Assembly (NCBI GenBank): GCA_963725865.1 | Contig: CAVSAC010000011.1 | Location: forward strand, 69,152 to 133,151 | Source: Candidatus Eiseniibacteriota bacterium | GTDB taxonomy: Bacteria > Eisenbacteria > RBG-16-71-46 | Direction of reading: 5' to 3' | DNA length: 64,000 bases | Part shown: positions 21,325 through 31,058 of the stretch, in pieces | Layout of the letters: every line of letters begins with the position of its first letter | Numbering within the stretch: the stretch's first letter is position 1 | The notes under the pieces: model-generated | The model's database searches: none | What the model was told of the DNA's origin: nothing | What the model saw: the letters and a program-made list of their open reading frames with translations, nothing else | Translations under genes and position numbers: made by a program

Positions 21325-23298
21325 CCTGTCTGAGTGGTCATTCCAGCGCCGACTGATCACCGGTGTGATCGGGATCTGTCTGCTGGCGATCTTGACCAGC
21401 GCCGCCACCCTGTTCACCTCACGGGTCCTGACCGCGAACATGTCGCAGGCGGCGTCGGGCATCGGCCACGACCTCGCCGATGCGCGGGAGCTGCAGATCC
21501 TCGGACTGAGGAGCATCGCGGACGCGCACGCGTGCCTGCTCACCGGCGGGAAGAAGTTCGCATCCTCGGCCCAGTCGGGCAGCTCCCTGGTGCGGGATGC
21601 GGCAGCGCGGATGCAATCGCAGATGCCGGATCCCCGGGCTCGTGCGCTCCTGGCGCGCGTCCTGGCCGCCGAGGAGGCGCATCGGCTGGCGTTCACCCGC
21701 GCGCTCGCGGTCGCCGGCACCTTGCGGTCCGAGTCCTCGGCCCTCTACCCCGACGCGGTCCTGACGCGCGGGGAGGAGTTCGAGTCCGCGTTGGACGCCC
21801 TCGTGGCGCACGTCGAGTCGGGGAGGGTGCGCAGTCTCGCGTTCGCGCGTCGGGACGTGGACAGCGCCGAGACCTTCCTCAGCATCATCGCCACCGTGAC
21901 GGTGCTGCTGCTGGTCGCCGCTGTGCCTGTTGCTCATCGCGGGGCTCAACCGGAGCTACCGCCGCCAGCAGACGCGCTCGCACGCAGGCCGAGCACGGCC
22001 AGACCGAGGCGCGGGCGTCGCTCTCGGAGGTGGAGGCGGCCAGCCACCTGAAGGACGAGTTCCTCGCGACCGTGTCGCACGAGCTCCGCAACCCGCTCGC
22101 GCCGATCCTGACCTGGACCCAGCTGCTGCGCAGCGGCACGCTCGACGAGGAGAAGACCCGGCGCGCGCTGGAGGTCATCGAGCGCAACGTGATGTCGCAG
22201 GCCCAGCTCATCGACGACCTGGTCGACGTCTCGCGGGTCGTCTCCGGCAAGTTCCGGCTCGACGTGCGGCCGATCGACCTGGTGCCGGTGATCAAGGCCG
22301 CGGCGGATTCGCAGGTCCCCGCGAGCGACGCCAAGCAGATCCGGCTGCAGCTCGTGCTGGACGAGCGCGCGGGGCTGATCTCGGGCGATTCGGAGCGCCT
22401 CCAGCAGGTGATGTGGAACCTGATCTCCAACGCGATCAAGTTCACGCCCAAGGGCGGCCGGGTGCAGGTGGTGCTGCAGCGCGCGGAATCGCACGTCGAG
22501 GTCTCGGTCAGCGACAGCGGCGTCGGCATCGACGCCGAGTTCCTGCCGCACGTCTTCGAGCCGTTCCGCCAGGGCACCGGCGGGTCGATGCGCCGCCACG
22601 GCGGCCTCGGACTCGGGCTCTCGATCGTCCGCCACATCGTCGAGCTGCACGGCGGCGAGATCACGCGCTCAGAGCGAAGGCCCGCAGCTCGGCTCGACGT
22701 TCACGGTCAAGTTCCCGCTGCTGGCGACGGCGCCGGGGATCGGCGAGCCGGTGCGCCGGCACCCGATCGCCCGCGACACGCTCGCCGACATCCATCTCGG
22801 GCGCCTGGACGGCATCCGCGTGCTGGTCGTGGACGACGAGCCGAGCGCGAGCGAGGCGCTGCTGGTGCTGTTCGACTCCTGCGGCGCCGACGCGCGGACC
22901 GCAGGCTCGGCGGCCGAGGCGCTCGCCGTGTTCGACGCCTGGCGGCCCGACGTCCTGGTCTCCGACATCGCCATGCCCGGGGAGGACGGCTACTCGCTCA
23001 TCCGCACGATCCGGCAGCGTCCCCGGAGCAGGGCGGCGCCGTTCCCGCGGTGGCGCTCACCGCCTACGCCAAGATCGAGGATCGCGTGACCATCCTGGGC
23101 GCCGGGTTCCAGATGTACCTGTCGAAGCCCGCGGACCCGAACGAGCTGGTCGCGGTCGTGAGCAGCCTCGCCGACGCGGCCGGGCCGACGGGCGCCGACG
23201 ACCTCGTAGCGCCCGGGACCTCCCGGCCCCGTCGCGCCGTACGTGCCCGGCGGCTCGGATCCGCGCGCCCCGGGCTTGAACTTCCGGCACGCGATTGA
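21325..23298 (+). CDS. membrane hybrid sensor histidine kinase (2 TM, periplasmic helical domain, HisKA, HATPase, REC), frameshifted; start and end approximate
   Basis: KDEFLATVSHELRNPL H-box, NLISNAIKFT, DSGVGI, GLGLGLSI; REC with VLVVDDE, SDIAMPGEDGY and SKP. Confidence 0.9.
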
Positions 23299-23308
23299 AG
23301 TTCCTTCC
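23277..23308. promoter_or_regulatory. tandem activator-binding sites (putative UAS)
   Basis: TGAAC-TTC-CGGCA and TGAAG-TTC-CTTCC, 19-bp period. Confidence 0.7.
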
Positions 23309-23414
23309 GCCGCGCGCGACCGCGATGCCCGCGTGCCGGAGGCAGGCCGCCGCGGCGCGTCGACCACCGAAGCCGCCGCATCGACTAGGCGCGGCGCCGG
23401 GCCGCTCCGCCCGC

Positions 23415-23429
23415 TGGCACCATTCGTGC
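23415..23429 (+). promoter_or_regulatory. sigma-54 -24/-12 promoter
   Basis: TGGCACCATTCGTGC upstream of the 23.5-28.8 kb co-directional gene cluster. Confidence 0.7.
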
Positions 23430-23545
23430 GCTTCCTGCCGGGTGAAGGAGCGCGAGGGCGAAGTCGCCCGGCGCGCTTCGAACGCCTTCCACCGGGCGAC
23501 GATCGTCGCGCCGGTGAAAGCCACCAGATGGCCGCAGGAGTCACC

Positions 23546-24128
23546 ATGACGAATCCAGGCACCGCACCCTTCGCGGCGCAGGCAGGTCCTGGGGTCTGCT
23601 CGTGCTCGCCACGCTGGCGCCGACGAGTGCGCGGTCGCCGCACGGGGCGCTCGAGCTCATTCCCTCGCTCGGCGTCACCAAGTCCACGGACACGAACGCC
23701 GGAGACGCCAAGGCCTTCGGCGGGCTCGCGCTGCGCGCGCCGCTGCTGCCGTTCCTCAAGGTCGAAGGCGCGATCGCGCTACCGGCAGGATTCGTTCGCC
23801 GGCGGCGACGCTCAAGGTGCGCCAGTGGCCGGTGACCGCGTCGGCTCTGGCTCGCGCCGCTCCCGTCGGTGTACGCGGGCGGTGGCGTCGGCTGGTACCG
23901 CACGACGTTCGACTACGCCAGCGCCCTGCCCATCAAGGACACGACCGACCCAGAAGATGGGCGTCCACCTCGGCGGCGGCGTCGACATGCCGATCGCGCC
24001 GCAAGCTCGGCCTCGACCTGAACGGTCGCTACATCTTCATGCAGACCGACAACAGCACGTCCAGAGTGCCGACGACGTTCAATCCCGATTACTGGAGCCT
24101 CGCGCTCGGCCTCGCATTCAAGTTCTAG
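23546..24128 (+). CDS. small outer-membrane beta-barrel protein, frameshifted
   Basis: AGGAG RBS; YAGGGVGWY, GVHLGGGVD, LDLNGRYIF; C-terminal LGLAFKF beta-signal. Confidence 0.8.
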
Positions 24129-24157
24129 CGCCAGCGCTCCCGAGAGGAGAAAGTCAC

Positions 24158-24806
24158 ATGAAACATCGCAGAATCGCAGCACTCGCGGCCGGCCTCGACA
24201 CTCGCCGTCGCGCTCGCCTCGGGCTCTGGCTGCTGAGCGGCTGCAACGAAACGGCGACCGATGCGCAGGCCGCGAACGGCCACCGGGTCCGCCTCGGTCG
24301 CGGCCCATACCCTGCCGGCGACACGAATCAACGTGACGCTCGGCAGCACCATCTCGTCCGAGACCGCAAACGTCGGCGACGCCTGGCACGGGACGGTGAC
24401 GGAGAACGTCACGACGCAGAACGGCGGGAATGATCCCGGCCGGCAGCCAGGTGGACGGCGTGCTCGTCGGCGTCACGCCCGCCAAGCGGGGCTCGCGCGC
24501 CATGCTCGATCTCGGCATCCGGCAGCATCCGGGTGGACGGCCGCGACGAGTCCATCACGGCGAGCGCCGAAGCCGTGATCGCGGGCTCGACCCGCGCCCG
24601 CAACCTGGGCGCGATCGCGGGCGGAGCCGCTGGCCGGCGCGCTCATCGGCAAGGTCGTCGGTGACGGCAAGAACGCCGCGGTCGGCGGGCTCATCGGCGG
24701 CGGCGCCGCCACGGCCGTCGTGGCGGCATCGAAGGGCTACCAGGTCGTGTTGTCCAGCGGCACCGTGATGAACTTCACGGTCAACCAGACCGTGGCCGTG
24801 CGCTGA
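24158..24806 (+). CDS. lipoprotein with glycine-zipper segment, frameshifted
   Basis: LLSGC lipobox, GSTISSETANVGD, IPAGSQVDG, GAIAGGA..GALIG...GGLIGGGAAT. Confidence 0.75.
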
Positions 24807-24855
24807 GACGTGGGGGAGGCGCCACAGGCGCCTCCCCGAGGAGGAGAGGCGCGAC

Positions 24856-25004
24856 ATGCTCTGGACCATTGCAGTCGTGCTGATCGTGCTCTGGCTGCTC
24901 GGGCTGGTGACGTCGTACACGATGGGCGGCTCATCCACGTGCTGCTCGTCATCGCCATCATCGTCGTGCTGTTCGGCGTCATTCAGGGCCGCAGGACGGT
25001 CTGA
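24856..25004 (+). CDS. lmo0937-family (DUF5670-like) small membrane protein, 1 frameshift
   Basis: MLWTIAVVLIVLWLLGLVTSYTMGG/LIHVLLVIAIIVVLFGVIQGRRTV. Confidence 0.85.
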
Positions 25005-25031
25005 GACACCACGGCCGGAAAGGCGCTGGAC

Positions 25032-25244
25032 ATGAAGAATCGCAGGCTTCGTACTCGTGGTGCTGGGCATCCTCGCCCTCATCTACGGCGGCATCAGCTA
25101 CAGCCGCGCAGCGCACCGTGGTCGACATGGGGCCGATCAAGGCGACCGCGACGGAACAGCACAACATCCCGTTCTCGCCGATCGTCGGGGGCGATCGCCA
25201 TCGTCGGCGGGCGCTGCTCCTGTTCCTGCCGCGCCGGCGGCTGA
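25032..25244 (+). CDS. small two-TM membrane protein, frameshifted
   Basis: VLGILALIYGGISYS...VVDMGPIKATATEQHNIPFSPIVGAIAIVGG. Confidence 0.7.
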   Translation: MKNRRLRTRGAGHPRPHLRRHQLQPRSAPWSTWGRSRRPRRNSTTSRSRRSSGAIAIVGGRCSCSCRAGG

Positions 25245-25330
25245 ACTCGTAGCGGCGAAGCTGCTCCAGCGATCCCCGTGCCGGCGAATCGCGCCGTGCG
25301 CGCACCTGTGCCGCACCGAGGAGGTTCGAG

Positions 25331-25735
25331 ATGAACGGGTTTCCGCGACGCTTCGCTTCTGGACCGCGGCGCTCCTGGTCCTCTGCATGGGCGTGATGGA
25401 CAGTCGGCCCCGGCGGCCGCCGGCCTCGCGCCGTCGCGCGTCTCCGGCACGACCACGCATCACGTCGACGCGCGACGCCGACATGGTGATGGCGCAGCGC
25501 GCGCTCGAGAACAAGGTCGTGGCGCAGAAGCTCCGCGACTACGGCGTGACGCCCGCGGAGGCGCAGGCCCGCCTCGCCAGCATGTCCGACACGGACCTGC
25601 ACACGCTCGCGAGCGCGATCGAAGGGCCTGCCCAGCGGCGGCGACGCCACCGGCGCCGTGATCGGCGTCCTCGTCGTGGTGATCCTCGTCATCGTCGTGC
25701 TGCGCCTGATGCACCGCGACGTGGTCGTCCGGTGA
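25331..25735 (+). CDS. PA2779-family protein, frameshifted
   Basis: Signal peptide; QKLRDYGVTPAEAQARLASMSDTDLHTLA..GLPSGGD followed by hydrophobic GAVIGVLVVVILVIVVLRL; adjacent to a C39-like peptidase. Confidence 0.8.
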
Positions 25736-25788
25736 GCTCCGGGTTCCCGGGCGTCCGCTGACGCGGTCATTCGACGGGGAGTCAGAAC

Positions 25789-26622
25789 ATGAACTGGTCT
25801 GGTCGGCGCTGCTCCTGCCGCTGCATTTCACCGCGCCCGGCGGACACGCTCGGCGCGGACAGGGCGGGCCGGTGCGCGCGTCTCGCGTGACCCGGTCCGC
25901 TCGTACGTCTTCCAGCGGCTCGACGAGGGCGGGACGATGGCCTCGATTGCGGGCTACGCGCGATTCGGGCGGGAAGACGCTGCTTCAGCCGCATCGCGCC
26001 CGGAACGCGCGAGACCGTGTGGCTCGCGCCCGGCGCGAACGGCAGCGCGGGGACGATCTACGTGATGTCGAGGGACCGGAGCGGCAACCTGAGCGCGCCC
26101 AGCAACGGCTGCGTGCATCGGGCAGACCCCGCGGCGAGACTGCGGCTGCCCGCGCGTCGCGGGAGCCGGACGGCGCTCGACGTGCCGATCGTCCGGCAGG
26201 CGCGCGAGCGCTGCGGCCAGGCCGCGCTCGCGATGGTGCTGCGCTACTACGGCGCCGCGCCCGCCGCGCTTCGCGAAGTGGACGGTGCGTACGATCCCGT
26301 GCTGCGCGGTTCGCTGATCACCGACCTCGCCGGCGCCGCGCGCCGGGCCGGCTACGAGGCGGCCGTCGCGACGCTCACGCCCGACTCGCTGATCGGCCTC
26401 CTCGCGGACGGCGTGCCGCCCATCCTGCTCTACCAGAACGGGTCCGGGCCGCTCACCGTCCGGCACTTCGGAGTGGTCACCGGCTGGGACGCGCAGCGCA
26501 GGCCGCGTTCACCCTGCACGACGGCACGGCGCGCCCGCGCGTGACGAGCCGCGACGAGCTGGTGAAGCGAGTGGGAGACCGCCGGCTCGCAGGCGCTGGT
26601 CGTCCGCACGAGGGTGCCATGA
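25789..26622 (+). CDS. C39-like (PA2778-type) cysteine peptidase with N-terminal signal and FN3-like region, frameshifted
   Basis: LDVPIVRQARERCGQAALAMVLRYYG (Q..C) and RHFGVVTGWD (H); upstream YVMSRDRSGNLSAPSN; ATGA overlap with the next gene. Confidence 0.78.
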
Positions 26623-27086
26623 GCGCGCCGCGGCACGCACGGTGCTGGTCGCTCGCGGCGATCGCGGCGGCGATCGGCTCGGGCGGCTGCGCCCACCTCG
26701 TGGTGCTGCACGACCCGCTCACCGCCAGCGAGCACAACGACCTCGGTGTGGCGTACGAGTCGAGCGGACAGACGGACCTCGCGGCGAAGGAGTACCGCAG
26801 AGTCCCTGCGCCTCGACCCGCACCAGAGCCGCGCCTGGGTCAACCTCGGCAACGTGGCCGCCGCCGCGCGGCCGATGGCCCGCGGCGGAGAAGTGCTACC
26901 GGCGCGCGCTGCGCGAGGTTCCGGCGCGACGCCGACGCCATGAACAACCTCGCGATCGCGCTCCTCCGCCAGGGCCGGGACCTGGTCGAGGCCCGCGCGT
27001 GGGCCGAGCGAGCGGTGGCCGCGGGAGGGGAGCGGGACTCGGTCTACCGCGCCACGCTCGCCGAGTTCGATCGAGGTGGGCATTGA
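26619..27086 (+). CDS. TPR lipoprotein, frameshifted
   Basis: GSGGC lipobox-like motif; EHNDLGVAYE, AWVNLGNV and AMNNLAIAL TPR helices. Confidence 0.8.
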   Translation: MSAPRHARCWSLAAIAAAIGSGGCAHLVVLHDPLTASEHNDLGVAYESSGQTDLAAKEYRRVPAPRPAPEPRLGQPRQRGRRRAADGPRRRSATGARCARFRRDADAMNNLAIALLRQGRDLVEARAWAERAVAAGGERDSVYRATLAEFDRGGH

Positions 27087-27243
27087 TGGGCTCTCCGCCG
27101 CTCTCGGCCCGTGGCCGGCCCGGTGAAAGGCCCGAGATCCGCCCGCGCCGCCGGCCCCTCGCGGGAGGCGGGCCGCTGGGTGTGGACCAGCACTCGAACG
27201 TCGTGCGTGAGACCGGCCCTCATCCCGAGGAGGCACAGGCTCG

Positions 27244-27649
27244 ATGAACATGACACGAGTGACGCAGGCGACCCACGTGCTGCTCCGGGTCGTGGCGGGC
27301 GTGATGATGCTCCAGCATGGCGGCCAGAAGCTGTTCGGATGGTTCGGCGGCGCCGGCGCGGCACCGGGCGCCACGGTTCCGCTGATGTCCCAGATGGGGC
27401 TCGGCGGCGTCCTCGAGCTTGATCGGTGGGGCCGCGATCGCACTCGGTCTCTTCACCCGGCCAGTGGCGTTCATCCTCTCGGGCGAGATGGCGGTGGCCT
27501 ACTTCCAGATGCACCAGCCCCGCGGCGCGTGGCCGATCCAGAACCACGGCGAACTCGCCGCGCTCTATTCGTTCGTGTTCCTTTTCCTCGCGGCCCACGG
27601 CGCCGGAGGCTTCAGCCTGGACGGCATGCGCCACCGCGACCGGCACTGA
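27244..27649 (+). CDS. DoxX family membrane protein, 1 frameshift
   Basis: LLRVVAGVMMLQHGGQKLFGWF, GLFTRPVAFILSGEMAVAYF, PIQNHGELA, GAGGFSLD. Confidence 0.9.
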
Positions 27650-27728
27650 GCCGACTGGGAGGGCCCGTGGAGCCTGCTGGTCATGACGGCATGCGGTCGC
27701 ATCCGGCGGCGAGCATGAGGCCCCGCCG

Positions 27729-28823
27729 ATGACACCCGATCCGCGCCTCCACCTCCGCTCGACCTTGTTCGGGGTCCTGGTCGTGCTGGTCGTGGTGGTG
27801 TGGGCGCTGCGGGACCTCGCGCTGCTCGTCGGATACGCGGTGCTGCTCGCCTACGCGCTGCTTCCCGTCGTGAAGGCCATCGAGCGCGTGCACGATCCCC
27901 GCGGTCGCCACCTGCCGCGGGGCGTCGTGGCCGGGTGCGTCGATGCTCGCGCTGGTCGCCGTCGTCGGCTGGTTGGTCGTCCTCGCGGTGCCGCGGATCG
28001 GCGCCGAGGCGCCCACTTCGCCGCCAACGCGCCCGCGAGTCACGGCACGGCATCGTCGCAGGTCGTGCGCGGCTACGGTGCCGCGCACGGGCTGCTCGCC
28101 TGGCTCGATCCCATCATCGAAGGCGTGCGGACCGACGCGCCTGGCGTTGGTCCAGGGCCTGGGAGGCACGCTCGCCCGCGGAGCCGCGCGACTGTTCGGC
28201 GGGCTCGGGAACCTGCTCGGGCTGGCGTTGCTGCCGTTGCTGGCGTTCTACCTGCTGGCCGAATCCGAGGCGGTGCGGGTGAGCGCACTGCGCTTCGTGC
28301 CCGAAGCGGCACGGACCGAGATCACCCGACTCGGGGGCGCGGTGGATCGCGCGCTGCGCAGCTACGTGCGCGGGCAGGCGGTCGTGTGCCTGGTGACCGG
28401 GGTGGTGGTCGGCGTCGGCCTCGCGCTGCTGCACCACCCGGTCGCGCTGTTGCTCGGACTGCTGGCCGGAGCCGCGGAGCTCGTCCCGTACCTCGGCTTC
28501 CTGGTCGCCGCGATCGCGATCGCGCTCGCCGGCTCGAGCGTGAGCACGCTCCAGGCGGTGCTGGGGTTCGCCGTCTACATCGGTCTCAACTGGGCGATCG
28601 GCACGTTCGTGACGCCCGCGCGCTCATGGGCCGCTACCTCAAGATGCATCCGTTCGTCGTCACGGTGAGCGTGCTCGCGGGGGCCCAGCTCCTGGGCCCG
28701 GCGGGCGCGCTGCTGGCACTGCCGGCCGCCGCGGTGATCCAGGCGATCATCGGCGAGCTGGCTCCGGCACCGCCGTCCGCGATCGGCGGCGAAGCCGGGG
28801 TCCCGCCGGGGGTCGGCGCCTGA
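27729..28823 (+). CDS. AI-2E family transporter, frameshifted
   Basis: LLAYALLPVV, LRSYVRGQ, ELVPYLG, LKMHPFVV...GALLALPAAA. Confidence 0.85.
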   Translation: MTPDPRLHLRSTLFGVLVVLVVVVWALRDLALLVGYAVLLAYALLPVVKAIERVHDPRGRHLPRGVVAGCVDARAGRRRRLVGRPRGAADRRRGAHFAANAPASHGTASSQVVRGYGAAHGLLAWLDPIIEGVRTDAPGVGPGPGRHARPRSRATVRRAREPARAGVAAVAGVLPAGRIRGGAGERTALRARSGTDRDHPTRGRGGSRAAQLRARAGGRVPGDRGGGRRRPRAAAPPGRAVARTAGRSRGARPVPRLPGRRDRDRARRLEREHAPGGAGVRRLHRSQLGDRHVRDARALMGRYLKMHPFVVTVSVLAGAQLLGPAGALLALPAAAVIQAIIGELAPAPPSAIGGEAGVPPGVGA

Positions 28824-28927
28824 CGCAGCCGTCTCGAGGCTCGGATCCGCAGTCGGCGGACAGGACATCGGACCGCGCGAGTCACGTCCGTCACGCCCTC
28901 GGGCCGGGCGACGGCCGCGGGCAGGAG

Positions 28928-28942
28928 TGGCCTCGATATTGC
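28928..28942 (+). promoter_or_regulatory. sigma-54 -24/-12 promoter
   Basis: TGGCCTCGATATTGC about 90 bp upstream of ATG 29034. Confidence 0.7.
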
Positions 28943-29033
28943 GTTGGACTTCGGGTGCTTGGACCGGACCCCATTCCACCGGGGCGCTGCTCCGGTCCAA
29001 GTGGATGCGATCACTCAGGAAGCGAGGTTCGCG

Positions 29034-29447
29034 ATGCCCACACTGGTCCAGATCTGCATTGTAATTGTGACCCTGTCGATCGTCGCCATCGTCGCGACGA
29101 CCATCCTCGCCATGATCCGACTCGGTGAAGCGGCGGCGCGGTTGACCTCCGCGGCACAGGACTCGATGGCGCAGGTCGAGCGGATCGTGCAGGAGACCCA
29201 GGAACTCCTGGCCTCGGCGCGCGAGATCATGCCTCCCGCCAAACGTGTCGTGACGCGCTTCCAGCAGCTCGGAGAGCGCGCGGCCGACCTGTCCAACGCA
29301 GTCCTCAACGAGATCGAGGAGCCGGTCTTCACGGCGGTCGCGGTGGCGCGCGGCGTCAAGACCGGTACCGGCCACCTGCTCGATCTGCTGACTCGACGAA
29401 TCGTCACACGCCGTTCCTCGAACAACGGAGACCATGACCATGAATGA
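29034..29447 (+). CDS. DUF948/YtxG-like N-terminal TM + coiled-coil protein
   Basis: TM LVQICIVIVTLSIVAIVATTILAM followed by a heptad-rich helix; directly upstream of a YtxH-like gene. Confidence 0.7.
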   Translation: MPTLVQICIVIVTLSIVAIVATTILAMIRLGEAAARLTSAAQDSMAQVERIVQETQELLASAREIMPPAKRVVTRFQQLGERAADLSNAVLNEIEEPVFTAVAVARGVKTGTGHLLDLLTRRIVTRRSSNNGDHDHE

Positions 29448-29793
29448 CACCCAGCAGGTCAAGAGTGACACGCGCAGCTACGCACCGGTGATCGGATTCG
29501 CGCTCGGCGCGCTGGTGGGGGGCGTGCTCGGCATCATGCTGGCGCCCGCCAGTGGCGAGAAGACGCGCCGCCGCATCGGGGATGCCGCGCGCCGACTGAA
29601 TGCCGACGCGCGCCACACGCTCGACGAGGCGCGCGAGACCGTGACCGAGGCCGCGACCGGGCTGGGCGGGGACGTGAAGGCCGCCCTTCATGCCGGCCGC
29701 GAGGCGTTCCGGCACGAGAACGAGTCGCGCGAGCCGCGCCCGGCGTCGCGCGTCGCGCAGATGCTCGACCCGACGCCCCCGCGCACGCCGTGA
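29434..29793 (+). CDS. YtxH domain-containing general stress protein
   Basis: GFALGALVGGVLGIMLAPASGEKTRRRI signature. Confidence 0.85.
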   Translation: MTMNDTQQVKSDTRSYAPVIGFALGALVGGVLGIMLAPASGEKTRRRIGDAARRLNADARHTLDEARETVTEAATGLGGDVKAALHAGREAFRHENESREPRPASRVAQMLDPTPPRTP

Positions 29794-29980
29794 CCCGGCC
29801 CTCGCGAGCCACGTCAGGAGCCTGAGCACGGCACTGGCGGCATTCGGCTCGCGGATGCGCTTCGCGGTCGGGGAGATGGGCGAGCTCGAAGACGTGGGTT
29901 CCGCGGACCTCTGCACCGAGATCTCGCGGGACATCGACAAGCGGCTGTGGTTCGTCGAGGCGCACGTGCAGGTGCGCTGA
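29794..29980 (+). pseudogene. dps: C-terminal remnant of a Dps (DNA starvation protection) gene
   Basis: HVRSLSTALAAFGSRMRFAVGEMGELEDVGSADLCTEISRDIDKRLWFVEAH* resembles the last helices of Dps; the N-terminal half and a start are absent. Confidence 0.75.
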
Positions 29981-30312
29981 GGATCCCGCCGGTCCCGAGT
30001 CAGCCGCGCGGAGAACCCGAAGCGGGTGTCGCTCGCAGGAGGGCACCCGCGGACGGGTCGCGCGGCGGGGATCCCGACCGTGAGGCGCGGAGTCGCAGGG
30101 CGGTCGGGGCAGTGCGCGGGGCACGCCGCGCGGGTGCGGCCGGGCCTCGCCGCGGCCCCGTGGATGGGTCCATGGACGCACGACCAGCCCGTCGTGCCGG
30201 TACTGGAGGAGGGCGCGTGGACGAACGCGAGCTTGCCGATCCCTCGGGGGCTCCCGGAAGGCGATCGTCCGATCGGGGCGATTCCGAGGGACGCGATCGG
30301 CCTGGACCAGGC

Positions 30313-30735
30313 TCAGTCGTCGGCTGGCGAGGTCACCCTGGCCGCGGGGCGACTCTCGACCGTGTACCTGCCCGGAGGCACCTTCATCCGCCGGATCACC
30401 ACGCGGATGCCATGGAGGTAGAACCAGGTCCCCGGGTTGCACTTCGGGCCGATCGAATCGATGTCCCTGAAGGCCGAGATCATGGTCTCGCACAGGGCGT
30501 CGCCGGCCGCGGCCTCGTCTCCGAGGGAGTGGAGCGCCAGCGCGTAGAGACGGTCACGGTAGCGGGCCGCCAGCGCATCGAATGCCCAGTGGTCCCGGGC
30601 GCGCGTGCGCCGCACCAGGCGTTCGTCGCTGAGGATTCCATAGGTCCCGATGCGCAGCGACCTGCCGAGCCGGGCGAACCAGCCCTGCAGGGAGCCGCTG
30701 GGGCCCCAGACGTCCTCGAGTCGTGCTGCTTCCAT
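30313..30735 (-). CDS. sigma-70 region-2-only protein (ECF-like, no region 4)
   Basis: GGGGAGG RBS; LSDERLVRRTRARDHWAFDALAARYRDRLYALALHSLGDEAAAGDALCETMISAF...PGTWFY. Confidence 0.7.
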   Translation of the reverse strand: MEAARLEDVWGPSGSLQGWFARLGRSLRIGTYGILSDERLVRRTRARDHWAFDALAARYRDRLYALALHSLGDEAAAGDALCETMISAFRDIDSIGPKCNPGTWFYLHGIRVVIRRMKVPPGRYTVESRPAARVTSPADD

Positions 30736-30801
30736 GACCGGCCTCCCCCATCGTCATCCGGATCAGGCCCACGAACGCACGGACCTCCGGGATCGGGATG
30801 G

Positions 30802-30816
30802 GCAGAATCCATGCCA
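30802..30816 (-). promoter_or_regulatory. sigma-54 -24/-12 promoter
   Basis: TGGCATGGATTCTGC. Confidence 0.65.
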
Positions 30817-30870
30817 TCGACAATCGATTGTCCGGTCACGCAGGACAGGGCCACGTGCCCTCGTAGCGCT

Positions 30871-30901
30871 TGAAGAAACTTCCTGGTTTGAAAGTTCGGG
30901 C
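30871..30901. promoter_or_regulatory. tandem activator-binding sites (putative UAS)
   Basis: TGAAG-AAA-CTTCC and TGAAA-GTT-CGGGC, 18-bp period. Confidence 0.6.
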
Positions 30902-31058
30902 GCGTCCCGCGCGGATGCGGCGGTCCACGAGAGCGGATGCAGCGGACCCCGCACCCGACGACGGGATCTCCCGCCCGGCCGCGGGTACGACACGGCGTCG
31001 AGCCGAGCACGCCGCTGCAGGGAGCGGCACTGGGAAAGGCCGAGAAACGGAGTCACGG

